Source: an uncultured Chthoniobacteraceae bacterium
GTDB lineage: Bacteria > Verrucomicrobiota > Verrucomicrobiia > Chthoniobacterales > CAKUMP01
Assembly: GCA_965365475.1 (NCBI GenBank)
Contig: CBDUBV010000002.1
Location: 51 to 64,050, forward strand
Direction of reading: 5' to 3'
Length of the DNA stretch: 64,000 bases
Under the pieces are notes generated by a model. The model saw only the letters and a program-made list of their open reading frames with translations, had not been told where the DNA came from and did no database searches. This document shows, piece by piece, positions 8,295 to 17,749 of the stretch. Within the stretch, counting starts at the first letter, position 1; every line of letters starts with the position of its first letter. The position numbers and the translations under genes are program-made.

Positions 8295-8604
8295 GTCGGC
8301 ACCCGCCCCGATCCTGATCCTTAGTAGGTCTGCAAGCTGGTTGGGCGCAGTCCAATTATCGCATCTAAAGCATCCAAGTTGCGGAGGGGTCGGTGGAATG
8401 GCTGCTCGACATGTTACGGCGGGCTATTGCATCGCTGATCAGGGGCCTGTGAAATGTGAATTCTGCCTCAGCATGTGCTTGTGGGTAAGGTGCGCCCCAA
8501 TGTTTGGACAGCCCCTTCGCGCACGATAGCCGCCGAGCCCGCTTCACGTTCACTCGATGCCCTGGCGCAGCCAAGCCGAGCCGGGTCGCGCCAAAATTTC
8601 CCGG

Positions 8605-9162
8605 ATGAACCTTCTTTCCTCCGAATCTGCGGTGAGACACTATATTTCTGTGAACCCGGACAAGTCTTCCATTCGCCGCAGCATGCGCGAGATGTTGCGA
8701 TCGATGTCTCCAGGTTGCATCCAGGAAAAAAGCCGCTTGCTAGTCGCAGAGATCGTGCGATCAGCCATCTGGCAGGATGCGCGCTGCGTGATGATTTTCT
8801 TGCCCATGCCGGGTGAGCCGGACGTGCGCTCGCTATGGACGCCGACGAAGAAGCTGTGCGTGCCTTGGATGGATGGGGATGAAATAAACGTCCGCCTGGT
8901 CACAATGGAAAATATGCTTTATGGGACATCATCCGCTCGCGAACAGCAATTGATCGCGCCCGATGAGCTTGATTTAATTCTCGTGCCTGGGCTGGCATTC
9001 ACACCTGCGGGCGAGCGTCTTGGGCGGGGCAAGGGACATTTCGACCGATTCCTGGCTGGCACTTCCGCCATCCGGGTGGGTGTATGTTTTACAGAACAAC
9101 TACAGACCACACTGCCCACTGAACCGCACGATATTAAGATGCACCATCTGGTGACGGCGTAG
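8605..9162 (+). CDS. 5-formyltetrahydrofolate cyclo-ligase
   Basis: LILVPGLAFTPAGERLGRGKGHFDRFL and EPHDIKM motifs. The start is uncertain (8605 chosen; track ORF starts at 8557). Confidence 0.85.
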   Translation: MNLLSSESAVRHYISVNPDKSSIRRSMREMLRSMSPGCIQEKSRLLVAEIVRSAIWQDARCVMIFLPMPGEPDVRSLWTPTKKLCVPWMDGDEINVRLVTMENMLYGTSSAREQQLIAPDELDLILVPGLAFTPAGERLGRGKGHFDRFLAGTSAIRVGVCFTEQLQTTLPTEPHDIKMHHLVTA

Positions 9163-10111
9163 CTGCGGGTTCGGGCGCAGGTTCTGCGGACTGGGGGGCG
9201 GGAGGCGCATTGCGAGCGGAAAGAGCTTCGCGTAGTTCACGAATCCATTGGCTGAAATTAGCGTGGCCGGGATAGGTCTTGATGACGGCAAACATTTCCT
9301 GCAACGCCCGGTTGGGTTGGTCGAGATGAAGGTATTCCTTGGCTCGCATCCATTGCAACTGAGGCTTCTGCACTTGCACAAAATTGGATTGATCCATGCG
9401 CCGATCGCTGGCTTCCGCGCGGCTTTGGCCAAGCGAAATACGGCGATCCCAATAGACGAGGGTTCGGGCGTCCTTGGCTTTGCGCAGCTCAGGCAACAGT
9501 ATTTTATCAAAGATGCCATCCACATTGCCGGGATTCATTTCCCATTCTTTTGCGTCTTTAAGTCGGCCCTGCAATCCAAGTGCTTTGATGAAAATACTGC
9601 GGTCCACCCCCGCCCGATCTCCCAGCCAATCCTCATGCAGCCCTTCGTTCTCGGCGAGTGTGAGCACGTCGGCGGTGTAATTTATCAAGTCCCGAGCCAG
9701 CTCATCGCGCTTCTCGCCCGCAGCCGCCCGGATGGTCAGTGCAAGATAGCGCAGATGCAGTTGCAATGAGGCTTGAAAATTTTTGTCTCGCAGCTTGTCG
9801 ATATTCTTTTTTTTCCACTCCTGAAACAAAGTGTTCTCGCGGGTGCGTCCCTGGAAATCGGTTGCTGCGACGGCTTGCTCGTAGAAAGCAATGGCATCTG
9901 TCGGAGAACTCGCTGCCGCCTGCACTTGGCGGGTGAGATTTGCAAAATCAGTGGTCAATGTTTCTTCGCGGGTCTGCTCGATCTCTTTCAAAGCCGAGAG
10001 CAGCTCAGCCAGATTCACCGGCGGTGCGTCCTGCGCAGGCAAAAGGGAGGAGCCGAGGGAGAAGAGTGCGACCAGCAGAGAGGGGAATTTCACGAAGACT
10101 GAAGAAATCAT
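9134..10111 (-). CDS. secreted hypothetical protein with Pro/Ala-rich C-terminus
   Basis: N-terminal signal peptide FPSLLVALFSLGSSLLPAQ. The body is helical and charged. No family recognised. It overlaps the convergent cyclo-ligase gene by 29 nt. Confidence 0.6.
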   Translation of the reverse strand: MISSVFVKFPSLLVALFSLGSSLLPAQDAPPVNLAELLSALKEIEQTREETLTTDFANLTRQVQAAASSPTDAIAFYEQAVAATDFQGRTRENTLFQEWKKKNIDKLRDKNFQASLQLHLRYLALTIRAAAGEKRDELARDLINYTADVLTLAENEGLHEDWLGDRAGVDRSIFIKALGLQGRLKDAKEWEMNPGNVDGIFDKILLPELRKAKDARTLVYWDRRISLGQSRAEASDRRMDQSNFVQVQKPQLQWMRAKEYLHLDQPNRALQEMFAVIKTYPGHANFSQWIRELREALSARNAPPAPQSAEPAPEPAATPSPDGAS

Positions 10112-10208
10112 CCAGGGTGCGAAAAATCAATCGCGTAGTTGAGAGGTCATTGGACAAGGAGATGGAATCGGGCAATAGTGCGGGTAAATCTCAACCAGGG
10201 AGGAAGCT

Positions 10209-10661
10209 ATGAACGTGCATTTAAATCAGATCGGGGCCGACGGTTTGCATTTGGAAGGACAAGAGGACAGCGCCATGCTCGATGTGCAGGACCCGCTTGT
10301 GAAGCCCGTGGGCCCGATCGCATACCAACTCGATGCGGGCATTTCCGGGCGAAGCTTTTTCGCCACCGGGCGATTGGAAGCGCCCGTGGACTTTGAATGC
10401 GTGAAGTGTTTGCGATGGTTTCGGCGTGCAATGATCGTCGAGGATTTTGCTGTGCAGGTCGATCTTACAGGCCCTGAAATGATAGACTTGACGCCTTACG
10501 CCCGAGAAGATATCCTCCTCGCCTTTCCGTCCCATCCGCATTGCGATTGGGATGGTCAAACCGAGTGCCCCGGAGTCGATCCGGTTCCTGCTCAAGTGCG
10601 GGAACAGGATGCCGATTCCACCACATGGGGCGCGCTCGATCAACTTAAGATTAACACCTGA
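10209..10661 (+). CDS. YceD/DUF177 family protein
   Basis: ECVKCL...[13 protein letters not shown] cysteine pattern, in the classical position immediately upstream of rpmF. GGAGG sits 6 nt before the ATG. Confidence 0.8.
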   Translation: MNVHLNQIGADGLHLEGQEDSAMLDVQDPLVKPVGPIAYQLDAGISGRSFFATGRLEAPVDFECVKCLRWFRRAMIVEDFAVQVDLTGPEMIDLTPYAREDILLAFPSHPHCDWDGQTECPGVDPVPAQVREQDADSTTWGALDQLKINT

Positions 10662-10668
10662 ACATACC

Positions 10669-10851
10669 ATGGCAGTCCCAAAACGTAGAACATCCAAAAT
10701 GCGCCAGCGCACCCGCGCAGCAGCTAGCCGCTGGAAAGCACCCGAACTCGCCAAGTGCGGGCAATGCGGCAGCAGCACCCGTTCCCATACTGCCTGTCCC
10801 TCCTGCGGCTATTACAATGGCCGTCAGGTTCTGAGCGTCGAGTCGCTCTAA
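10669..10851 (+). CDS. rpmF: 50S ribosomal protein L32
   Basis: [16 protein letters not shown]... with CGQCG...CPSCG zinc ribbon. ATG 10669 lies within track ORF 10552..10851. Confidence 0.95.
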   Translation: MAVPKRRTSKMRQRTRAAASRWKAPELAKCGQCGSSTRSHTACPSCGYYNGRQVLSVESL

Positions 10852-10880
10852 CAAACTGTCCTTTTTGGATTATTCCTCGC

Positions 10881-10921
10881 AGCCGGATGTGGCCTTTATG
10901 CCCATCCGGCTACTTGTTTTT
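10881..10921 (+). terminator. rho-independent terminator after rpmF
   Basis: AGCCGGATG (10881-10889) pairs with CATCCGGCT (10903-10911), 9 bp, followed by ACTTGTTTTT. Confidence 0.6.
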
Positions 10922-10991
10922 CCTGCCCTTCGCGCTGGGACCGGTGAGCGGATGCGCTCGATTGCGTGCTGCTGTTGCGTATAGGAAAAAG

Positions 10992-11561
10992 TCAGTCCAC
11001 CGGAATCTCGCGTTCCACCATTTCGCATAGAACGTGGAGAAGAAATTTGTGCATTTCCTGGATGCGGGCTGTCAACTTTCCCGGGACGATGAATTCGACA
11101 TTTGCAAGACCCGCGCATCGTCCTCCATCTCTGCCGAGAAAAGCGATGGATTTCATCCCGAGGATGTCTGCCTCTTTCAACGCTTCGACAAGGTTCTGCG
11201 AATTGCCGCTACTGGTAAATATGATGAGCACGTCGTCCGTTTTGCCGTAAGCGCGCACCTGGCGAGCGAAAATCTCGCCAAATTCATAGTCATTACCGAT
11301 GCAGGTGAGAATGCCCCCCTCCGCAGCGAGACAGATCGCGGGGTAGGGTCGCCGCTCGCCCAGAAATCGCCCCACAAACTCACCGGCCAAATGTGCGCCA
11401 TCGCATGCGCTGCCGCCGTTGCCGCAGACCAGCATTTTATTGCCAGCGATGAGTGCCGCGCTCAGCATCTCGGCAGCCTGGTCCATGGCGTCGTGATACT
11501 TGGCAGACTCTTCCAGAAGTCTCATCAAAGCGTCTGCCGAACTTTGCATAGGGTGGCTCAT
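10992..11561 (-). CDS. gmhA: D-sedoheptulose-7-phosphate isomerase (SIS domain)
   Basis: CGNGGSACDGAHLAGEF, IGNDYEF, FTSSGNS motifs. Confidence 0.9.
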   Translation of the reverse strand: MSHPMQSSADALMRLLEESAKYHDAMDQAAEMLSAALIAGNKMLVCGNGGSACDGAHLAGEFVGRFLGERRPYPAICLAAEGGILTCIGNDYEFGEIFARQVRAYGKTDDVLIIFTSSGNSQNLVEALKEADILGMKSIAFLGRDGGRCAGLANVEFIVPGKLTARIQEMHKFLLHVLCEMVEREIPVD

Positions 11562-11776
11562 AGATTCACTCCAGTAGCAGCAAAATCAGCCAGCGTAAAA
11601 GTTAATTTCCTGACTAGACCGTATTCATCCTTCAATTGAAATCGTCGATGGATAGCCAGGCGAACTTCCTGCCAGAATACTCCAAATATACTGGCACCTG
11701 GAGAGCGACCGCGCGAAGTGCTTGGAATTCTCTTTTGCTTTGAACACGGGCCAGGGATCGGGCAACATGCCGCGTT

Positions 11777-12622
11777 ATGTGCACCGCCACCCATCGCATT
11801 CCTGCGACGTCTGCCAATCTCGGCCCCGGTTACGATTGTCTCGGCGTGGCGTTGCGTTTGTATAATGAAGTCACCGTGCGCAGCGGCGCGAGCCAGCAGT
11901 CACCACACCCCATGGCAATTGAGTCCGCGCAGGCTTTTGCACGACGTGCCGATGTGGATTTGTTCGAGTTTGATTGGTCAGTAAAAGGCGATGTGCCGAT
12001 GTCGCGCGGCCTCGGCAGCAGTGTCACGGTCCGGCTTGGGCTGCTCCACGGTTTGAATGAACTCGCGGGAAGTATTCTTGACGCCAACGATCTATACCGG
12101 CTCTGCGTAGAACTCGAAGGCCACCCCGATAATGCCGCGCCGGCAGCTTTCGGTGGCTTTACCGTGGCAGGGGCGGATGCCACATTCAGTCGCTTCAAAG
12201 TCGATCCAGCTTTGCAATTTGTAGTTTTTATTCCTGAGATGCAGATGCTTACTAAAGAAGCGCGAGCCGTCCTGCCTGCTGCCATTCCGCACGAGGACGC
12301 GGTGCGCAATGTGGCAAACGCATGCCGCATCGCAGCAGCGATGGCTGCTGGAGAGTATGAGAAACTGCGCGGCGTCTTCGATGACTTTTTACATCAACCT
12401 TACCGCGCGAGCCTCATGCCTTGTCTGCCCGAGGTGATTCGGGCGGGCGTAGCGGCTGGCGCGCTGGGTGGTTACTTAAGCGGCTCAGGTTCGTGCATGG
12501 CATGCGTGACGCTGAAGCAGGCATCGGAGGTGGGCAGCGCCATGGCGCAAGCCGCAGCGATGCCGGGCGAGCTGGTCATCCTGCAGCCTGACAATGAAGG
12601 CGTCCGCAAAATCACCATATAG
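11777..12622 (+). CDS. thrB: homoserine kinase
   Basis: IPATSANLGPGYDCLG and PMSRGLGSSV GHMP-kinase motifs. Confidence 0.9.
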   Translation: MCTATHRIPATSANLGPGYDCLGVALRLYNEVTVRSGASQQSPHPMAIESAQAFARRADVDLFEFDWSVKGDVPMSRGLGSSVTVRLGLLHGLNELAGSILDANDLYRLCVELEGHPDNAAPAAFGGFTVAGADATFSRFKVDPALQFVVFIPEMQMLTKEARAVLPAAIPHEDAVRNVANACRIAAAMAAGEYEKLRGVFDDFLHQPYRASLMPCLPEVIRAGVAAGALGGYLSGSGSCMACVTLKQASEVGSAMAQAAAMPGELVILQPDNEGVRKITI

Positions 12623-12624
12623 TC

Positions 12625-13821
12625 ATGCCACGCTGGCGCGATAGTCTTGAGCAATTTGCCGTCGAAGTCATCTTTGAAAGGCGTCTGGGCAAAAAAGCCG
12701 CCATTTTTCGCTGGTTCCTCCACGGCCTTGGTAAAATATATCAGGCTGTCGTGCAGTGCAGGAATTACCTCTACCGTGAACACATTGTGCACGATCATCA
12801 GCTCGGGTGCATGGTGCTGACCGTGGGCAACCTGACGGTCGGCGGCACGGGGAAAACTCCTGTGGTGGACAAGCTCGCGCGAGACCTGGCAGATCGTGGA
12901 CGCAAGGTTGCAATTCTGAGTCGTGGCTATAAAAGTGCGAAGCCGCCCTTGCTGCGCCGACTCAAGTTGCGTCTTACCCGGTGGGAGCCCGATCCGCCAC
13001 GCGTGGTGTCCGACGGCACCAACTTGTTGCTCGACAGTCGCACGGCAGGGGATGAGCCTTTCATGCTGGCTCGCAATTTAAAAAACGTGATCGTGATCAC
13101 AGACCCGGATCGTGTGCGAAGCGGTTTGTATGCGATTGAAAAATGGGGCGTGGACACTTTGGTGCTGGACGATGGATTTCAACACTTACGTTTAAAGCGC
13201 AGATTGGACATCGTGCTGATCGACCGTCAGGCGCCCTTTGGCAACGAGTATATGCTGCCACGCGGAACTCTGCGCGAGCCAGCGCGCAATCTGAGCAGAG
13301 CAGGACTTATCCTGATCACCAAAAGCGATGAGCATGGCAACGAGGAACTCATCAGTCGCATACGCGAGTATAACCGCACGGCCGACATCATCGAGTGCCG
13401 CCACAAGCCGCTGCACCTCGAGCATGTGTATGGTGGCGACAAACAGCCGCTTGATTACTTGTGCAATCGCTATGTGGGCAGCGTGTCGGGTATTGCGCGG
13501 CCGGAGAGTTTTGAGAATAGTCTTCGCGGGTTGGGCGCAAAATTGATCGTGACCAAGCGCTACGCAGATCACCATCGGTTCAGCGCGAAGGAAATGCAGA
13601 ACTTTATCCGGCGATGTGTGGAACGCGATCTGGACGCGATCATCACGACAGAAAAAGACGCAGTCCGCTTTCCAAAAATAAGCCACTGCGAAATTCCGAT
13701 CTATTTCCTGCGAGTGGAGATCGAGATATTGCGCGGTCAGGAATATTGGGATCGGCTAGTGGAACGCGTGTCCCAGCGGCAGTCTGTGCCGTCGGGCTCG
13801 CGTATGTTTCTCGTGCCATGA
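12625..13821 (+). CDS. lpxK: tetraacyldisaccharide 4'-kinase
   Basis: [16 protein letters not shown]-loop, SRGY, DDGFQH motifs. It starts 2 nt after the thrB stop. Confidence 0.9.
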   Translation: MPRWRDSLEQFAVEVIFERRLGKKAAIFRWFLHGLGKIYQAVVQCRNYLYREHIVHDHQLGCMVLTVGNLTVGGTGKTPVVDKLARDLADRGRKVAILSRGYKSAKPPLLRRLKLRLTRWEPDPPRVVSDGTNLLLDSRTAGDEPFMLARNLKNVIVITDPDRVRSGLYAIEKWGVDTLVLDDGFQHLRLKRRLDIVLIDRQAPFGNEYMLPRGTLREPARNLSRAGLILITKSDEHGNEELISRIREYNRTADIIECRHKPLHLEHVYGGDKQPLDYLCNRYVGSVSGIARPESFENSLRGLGAKLIVTKRYADHHRFSAKEMQNFIRRCVERDLDAIITTEKDAVRFPKISHCEIPIYFLRVEIEILRGQEYWDRLVERVSQRQSVPSGSRMFLVP

Positions 13822-13961
13822 CCATGAGCGCAGCACTTCTCCTAGCGGAATGTCTCGCAGGCGATTCGTGCGCGTGGAACCGCTTGCTGGACGAACACTA
13901 CGGACCAGCGGCCCGATTTGTTGCGCAGATGGCTTTCGATGCAGTGGAGACGGGTGAGTGA
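13818..13961 (+). CDS. 47-aa ORF resembling the first helices of an ECF sigma factor (region 2.1); possibly a remnant
   Basis: [40 protein letters not shown] resembles the GD..A...L...Y...v.r.a pattern. Its ATG overlaps the lpxK stop (ATGA). No regions 2.4 or 4 follow. Confidence 0.3.
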   Translation: MTMSAALLLAECLAGDSCAWNRLLDEHYGPAARFVAQMAFDAVETGE

Positions 13962-14002
13962 GCAGGCAACCGCACAGCCGTGCAAAGGCGTTCATATCGT
14001 GG

Positions 14003-15088
14003 ATGCGAATATTTTTAGCTTTATTGATCGTGTGTTCAACGACGCGAGCGGGAGAATGGAAAATCGCTCAGCCAGGCTGGCATTATGAATTTCCTCGCGA
14101 CCATGGGCCCCACCGTGGGTTCAAGACGGAGTGGTGGTACTTCACCGGCAATCTGCAGACCAAAAATGGCGAGAGATTTGGATACCAGTTGGTGTTTTTT
14201 CGACAGGAGATCGTGCCGCCTGGCAGGCGTGTCGAATCCGCTTCACGATTTGTAGTGTCGGAGGTTGGGCTGGCGCATTTCGCTGTCACGGACGCCAAGG
14301 ATGGCGGATTCTATTTTGATCAGCGACTCAGCAGAGGTGCTTTCGGTGAGGCCGGGTTTTCAACGCCAGGAGCGCAGGACAGCAGGCTGGCATGGAATGG
14401 CCAATGGGAATGTCGGCTCGATAAAGCAGGTGTTTTTTACATCCGCGCGGAGACCGAGAAATATGCGCTCGAGTTGCAGCTACAGCCGGTGAAAAAGCAC
14501 GTCGTTCATGGTGCCGACGGGGTGAGCCAGAAGTCGGCTGGCGTCGGGCGCGCATCGCATTACTATTCTTTCACGCGCATGCAAAGCAGTGGAACTCTTC
14601 GTGTGCTAAAAGATAATCTGACGGTGATGGGAGAAAGCTGGTTCGACCATGAATGGGCGACAAACCAGCTGGCTGCTGAGCAACAAGGCTGGGATTGGTT
14701 TAGCATTCAGTTTGATGATGACACCGAGCTAATGCTTTTTCAGTTGCGAAGAAAGGACGGAACTATGGATGAATATTCCGCTGGCACATTTATCCGTGCC
14801 GACGGCAGCACGCAGGCACTGAAGGCATCGGAATTCACTCTGACGCCCGTGCGCTGGTGGACAGCGGTTGGGGATGCGCGGTATCCGGTCGCATGGCGGG
14901 TGGAAGTGCCCAGTTTGCATATGGACTTGAGCGTCACCACTCCGGTGGAACACCAGGAACTATATCTTGCCCCGGTGCGGTATTGGGAAGGCATGATCGA
15001 AGCCAGCGGGGGCGGTCGCACAGGGCGCGGGTATCTTGAAATGACGGGCTATGCGGGGAGCATTCCCGGCATGCAAGCTACGGAGTAA
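14003..15088 (+). CDS. AttH/CrtC-like (hydroxyneurosporene-synthase fold, lipocalin-like) secreted protein
   Basis: Signal peptide MRIFLALLIVCSTTRAG, then FPRDHGPHRGFKTEWWYFTGNL, which is typical of the family. ATG 14003 chosen (track ORF starts with GTG at 13958). Confidence 0.75.
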   Translation: MRIFLALLIVCSTTRAGEWKIAQPGWHYEFPRDHGPHRGFKTEWWYFTGNLQTKNGERFGYQLVFFRQEIVPPGRRVESASRFVVSEVGLAHFAVTDAKDGGFYFDQRLSRGAFGEAGFSTPGAQDSRLAWNGQWECRLDKAGVFYIRAETEKYALELQLQPVKKHVVHGADGVSQKSAGVGRASHYYSFTRMQSSGTLRVLKDNLTVMGESWFDHEWATNQLAAEQQGWDWFSIQFDDDTELMLFQLRRKDGTMDEYSAGTFIRADGSTQALKASEFTLTPVRWWTAVGDARYPVAWRVEVPSLHMDLSVTTPVEHQELYLAPVRYWEGMIEASGGGRTGRGYLEMTGYAGSIPGMQATE

Positions 15089-15282
15089 AAAAAAGTCCGC
15101 CAGAGAGCCACGACAAAGAGAAGATAACTACCGTTGCTGCATTCCTGCCCTGGCGGGGTTCGTCATTTCTCAGTCCATGGTCCCTGACGGACCACGAAGT
15201 AAACACGAGCGATGGAATAAAGCAAAAACTCTTTCTATCTTCTTGCATTTTCACGGCGTGCTCGTTCTATTGTTCACGCAGT

Positions 15283-15311
15283 TTGCTTTCATTTGCGCTT
15301 GCAAATATAAT
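15283..15311 (+). promoter_or_regulatory. candidate sigma-70 promoter (TTGCTT-17nt-TATAAT)
   Basis: TTGCTT at 15283-15288, 17-nt spacer, consensus TATAAT at 15306-15311, about 75 nt upstream of the ATG at 15387. Confidence 0.4.
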
Positions 15312-15386
15312 TCCGCGTAATAAAAGGCAAATGCTCCCACGCAATATTCGAACCTTCCCTTATTCTACTTATCCCCCGTAACTCGT

Positions 15387-16172
15387 ATGGCAAAAGCTCT
15401 TCTCGGCGTCACGATAGCACTTCTTGTAGGTGCCACAGTTCTTGGATACCTTAACAAACAGAAATACGATGGCCTGAAAGCCGAAAGCGAAGGTGCCTTG
15501 TCATCCATTGACAGCCTTAAACAAAACGTCATCTCCGCTGAGACCGCTCAGAAAGCGGCTGAGGCCACACTTGCTGAGAATGCTGCGAAACTGGAGCAAG
15601 CCGCGAGTGACCTAACTCGTGCCCAGACCGAGGCTCAGACTGCTCGCACGGAACTGGCTGCTTTAAACACTCGCATAACGGAAAGCACGGCCAAGATCAC
15701 CGAGCTGGAATCTCAACTGGCTGCTGCCGCTGCCAACACTTCCCAACCCGCCGAGGCTCCCGCTGCTGATGTTGCACAGCTGGAAGCCAAGCTCAAGGAA
15801 CTCGAGGGACAAGTAGCGGCTGCCGAAGAAGAGAAAAAAATTCTCACCGAGAAGGTCACCTCCGCGCAGCAGGAAGCCGACAATCTTCGCTCTGCCGAAC
15901 AGAAGCGTGTGGGCAGCATCATGGCACAAGGCTTGCAGGGGCGCGTGGAAGCCTACAACCCGGCATACAATTTTGTGGTGCTGAATATCGGCGACCGCCA
16001 GGGTGCTGTAGCAAACGCAGAGATGGTCGTAACCCGCGGCGGCAACATGATCGGCAAGATTCGTATCGCATCCGTCTATCCGACAAATTCAGTTGCGGAT
16101 GTCGTGCGCGGCACTGTGCCGCAAGGCATTCAGATTCAGCCCGGCGACCGTGTCATTTATCCCGGTCAATAA
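15387..16172 (+). CDS. membrane-anchored coiled-coil protein with MreC-like C-terminal beta-barrel segment
   Basis: N-terminal TM helix ALLGVTIALLVGATVLGYL, about 150 aa of Ala/Glu/Gln-rich coiled coil, then GRVEAYNPAYNFVVLNIGDRQGAVANAEMVVTRGGNMIGKIRIASV. Confidence 0.7.
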   Translation: MAKALLGVTIALLVGATVLGYLNKQKYDGLKAESEGALSSIDSLKQNVISAETAQKAAEATLAENAAKLEQAASDLTRAQTEAQTARTELAALNTRITESTAKITELESQLAAAAANTSQPAEAPAADVAQLEAKLKELEGQVAAAEEEKKILTEKVTSAQQEADNLRSAEQKRVGSIMAQGLQGRVEAYNPAYNFVVLNIGDRQGAVANAEMVVTRGGNMIGKIRIASVYPTNSVADVVRGTVPQGIQIQPGDRVIYPGQ

Positions 16173-16176
16173 GCCG

Positions 16177-16368
16177 ATGCGCCTGATTACCCGACTGCTG
16201 GTTTCCAGCTTGTATCTGTGCCTGGCAACTCTGCTGCCAGCACTGTCCGGCTGTGCGACAGATTCGACGGATAGCCCGGACCAGAGTTCCATCCCATGGA
16301 ACCGACCCGAGCGGTGGGAGGGGTCTGCTGGGATCCCTGGCTTTGGCGGCGCCAACGAAGGTCGTTAA
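16177..16368 (+). CDS. small lipoprotein
   Basis: MRLITRLLVSSLYLCLATLLPALSGC carries a lipobox (LSGC). ATG 16177 is 5 nt after the upstream stop. Confidence 0.55.
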   Translation: MRLITRLLVSSLYLCLATLLPALSGCATDSTDSPDQSSIPWNRPERWEGSAGIPGFGGANEGR

Positions 16369-16374
16369 CCCGGC

Positions 16375-17322
16375 ATGGCGGGGCGAATCCTCGTCATTCG
16401 TGGCGGTGCCATCGGGGATTTTATTCTCACCCTGCCAGCCATTTCTTTGTTGCGGGAGAATTATCCCGAGGCCCACTTGGAAATATTAGGCTATCGCCAC
16501 ATTGTCGAACTCGCACGCCGACGACATTACGCGTCGGAGACTCGTTCTATCGAGTATGGTGCTTTATCGAGATTTTTTATTCCACGCAGCGATCTGCCGC
16601 CTGAGTTGATGGAATATTTCAGATCTTTCCATCAAGTGATCAGTTACCTCTTCGATCCAGACGGTTCTTTTGAGCAGAATCTCCTGCGATGCGGAGTAAA
16701 GCATGTCTTGATCGGCCCAGGCAAATTGGACGACTCAGCGCACGCATCCCAGCAGTTGGCCCGCCCTTTGGAGCGGATGGCACTGTATCTCGAAGACACA
16801 TCTGCACGGCTTTACCCGTCGGAGGTTGATCGCGCGGCAGCGCTCTCGCAGCTCGGAAGTGACTCGCGACCCATCATCACGATTCATCCCGGCAGCGGCG
16901 GCAAAGCAAAGGTGTGGGATGTGAGCAATTGGCTTGAACTCATACGTTCCGTGCAACAGCGCACAAATGCGCGAATTGTAATTGTGGGTGGAGAGGCTGA
17001 TGCCCTCGTGCTGGCATCATTGCGACATGAAATAAATGTGAGAAATGTTTTGTTCCTGGAAAACCTGCCGCTGCCCACGCTTGCAGCCGTGTTGGAACGC
17101 AGCGCGATTTTTCTTGGTCACGATAGCGGCATTTCGCACATCGCCGCTGCTGTCGGCACGCGATGCGTGTTGTTGTTTGGCCCCACGGACCCCGCAGTCT
17201 GGGCGCCGACAAACACTGCTGTGGAAGTGTTGCGAGCACCGTGTGGCTCGATGCACGGATTGTCCATCGAGCATGTGTCGGCTCGTGTTCACGAAGTGCT
17301 TGAAACGGCTGGGATTTACTGA
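16375..17322 (+). CDS. glycosyltransferase family 9 (LPS heptosyltransferase-like)
   Basis: ILVIRGGAIGDFILTLPAI, HPGSGG..K.W, and GHDSGISHIAAAVG motifs typical of GT9. Confidence 0.85.
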   Translation: MAGRILVIRGGAIGDFILTLPAISLLRENYPEAHLEILGYRHIVELARRRHYASETRSIEYGALSRFFIPRSDLPPELMEYFRSFHQVISYLFDPDGSFEQNLLRCGVKHVLIGPGKLDDSAHASQQLARPLERMALYLEDTSARLYPSEVDRAAALSQLGSDSRPIITIHPGSGGKAKVWDVSNWLELIRSVQQRTNARIVIVGGEADALVLASLRHEINVRNVLFLENLPLPTLAAVLERSAIFLGHDSGISHIAAAVGTRCVLLFGPTDPAVWAPTNTAVEVLRAPCGSMHGLSIEHVSARVHEVLETAGIY

Positions 17323-17334
17323 AAAGAAAATCGC

Positions 17335-17682
17335 ATGCCTTTCCTGCTAAAACTATTTTTAAGCGTGGCGATCATTCTCATCGTGACTGAAGTCACCAAG
17401 CGGTTTGGTGTCTGGGGTGCTCTGATCGCTTCGTTGCCTTTGATTTCAATACTCGCCATGGTCTGGATTTACGTGGACACGGGCGATACGGCCAAAATCG
17501 CTGAGTTTTCTTTGCAGGTGTTCTGGTTTGTTCTCCCCTCGCTCGGACTGTTCCTATCGCTTCCCTGGCTTCTACAGCGCATGCCATTCTACCCCGCGTT
17601 GGGTTTAGCCTCCCTCATTGCGATGGCACTGTTCGCTGTAATGTTATGGGTTCTGCGACTGTTTAACTATCGCCTTCTCTAA
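17335..17682 (+). CDS. small integral membrane protein (DUF3147-like)
   Basis: 115 aa with four predicted TM helices. The family assignment is from memory only. Confidence 0.5.
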   Translation: MPFLLKLFLSVAIILIVTEVTKRFGVWGALIASLPLISILAMVWIYVDTGDTAKIAEFSLQVFWFVLPSLGLFLSLPWLLQRMPFYPALGLASLIAMALFAVMLWVLRLFNYRLL

Positions 17683-17749
17683 ATCGTTCCGTTTGGAAAA
17701 GTCGTTCTGGATTTCTTCTCCATGGTCAAGCTAGGCTCATCTAACTCTC

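Noticed and set aside
15089-15282. Possible sRNA or structured element after the AttH-like gene (CCGCCAG...CTGGCGG long-range pair; GGTCC-CTGAC-GGACC hairpin)
   Set aside because: The stems are short and there is no terminator-like 3' end. I see no resemblance to SRP RNA, tmRNA, RNase P or a riboswitch core, so there is not enough evidence for a feature.
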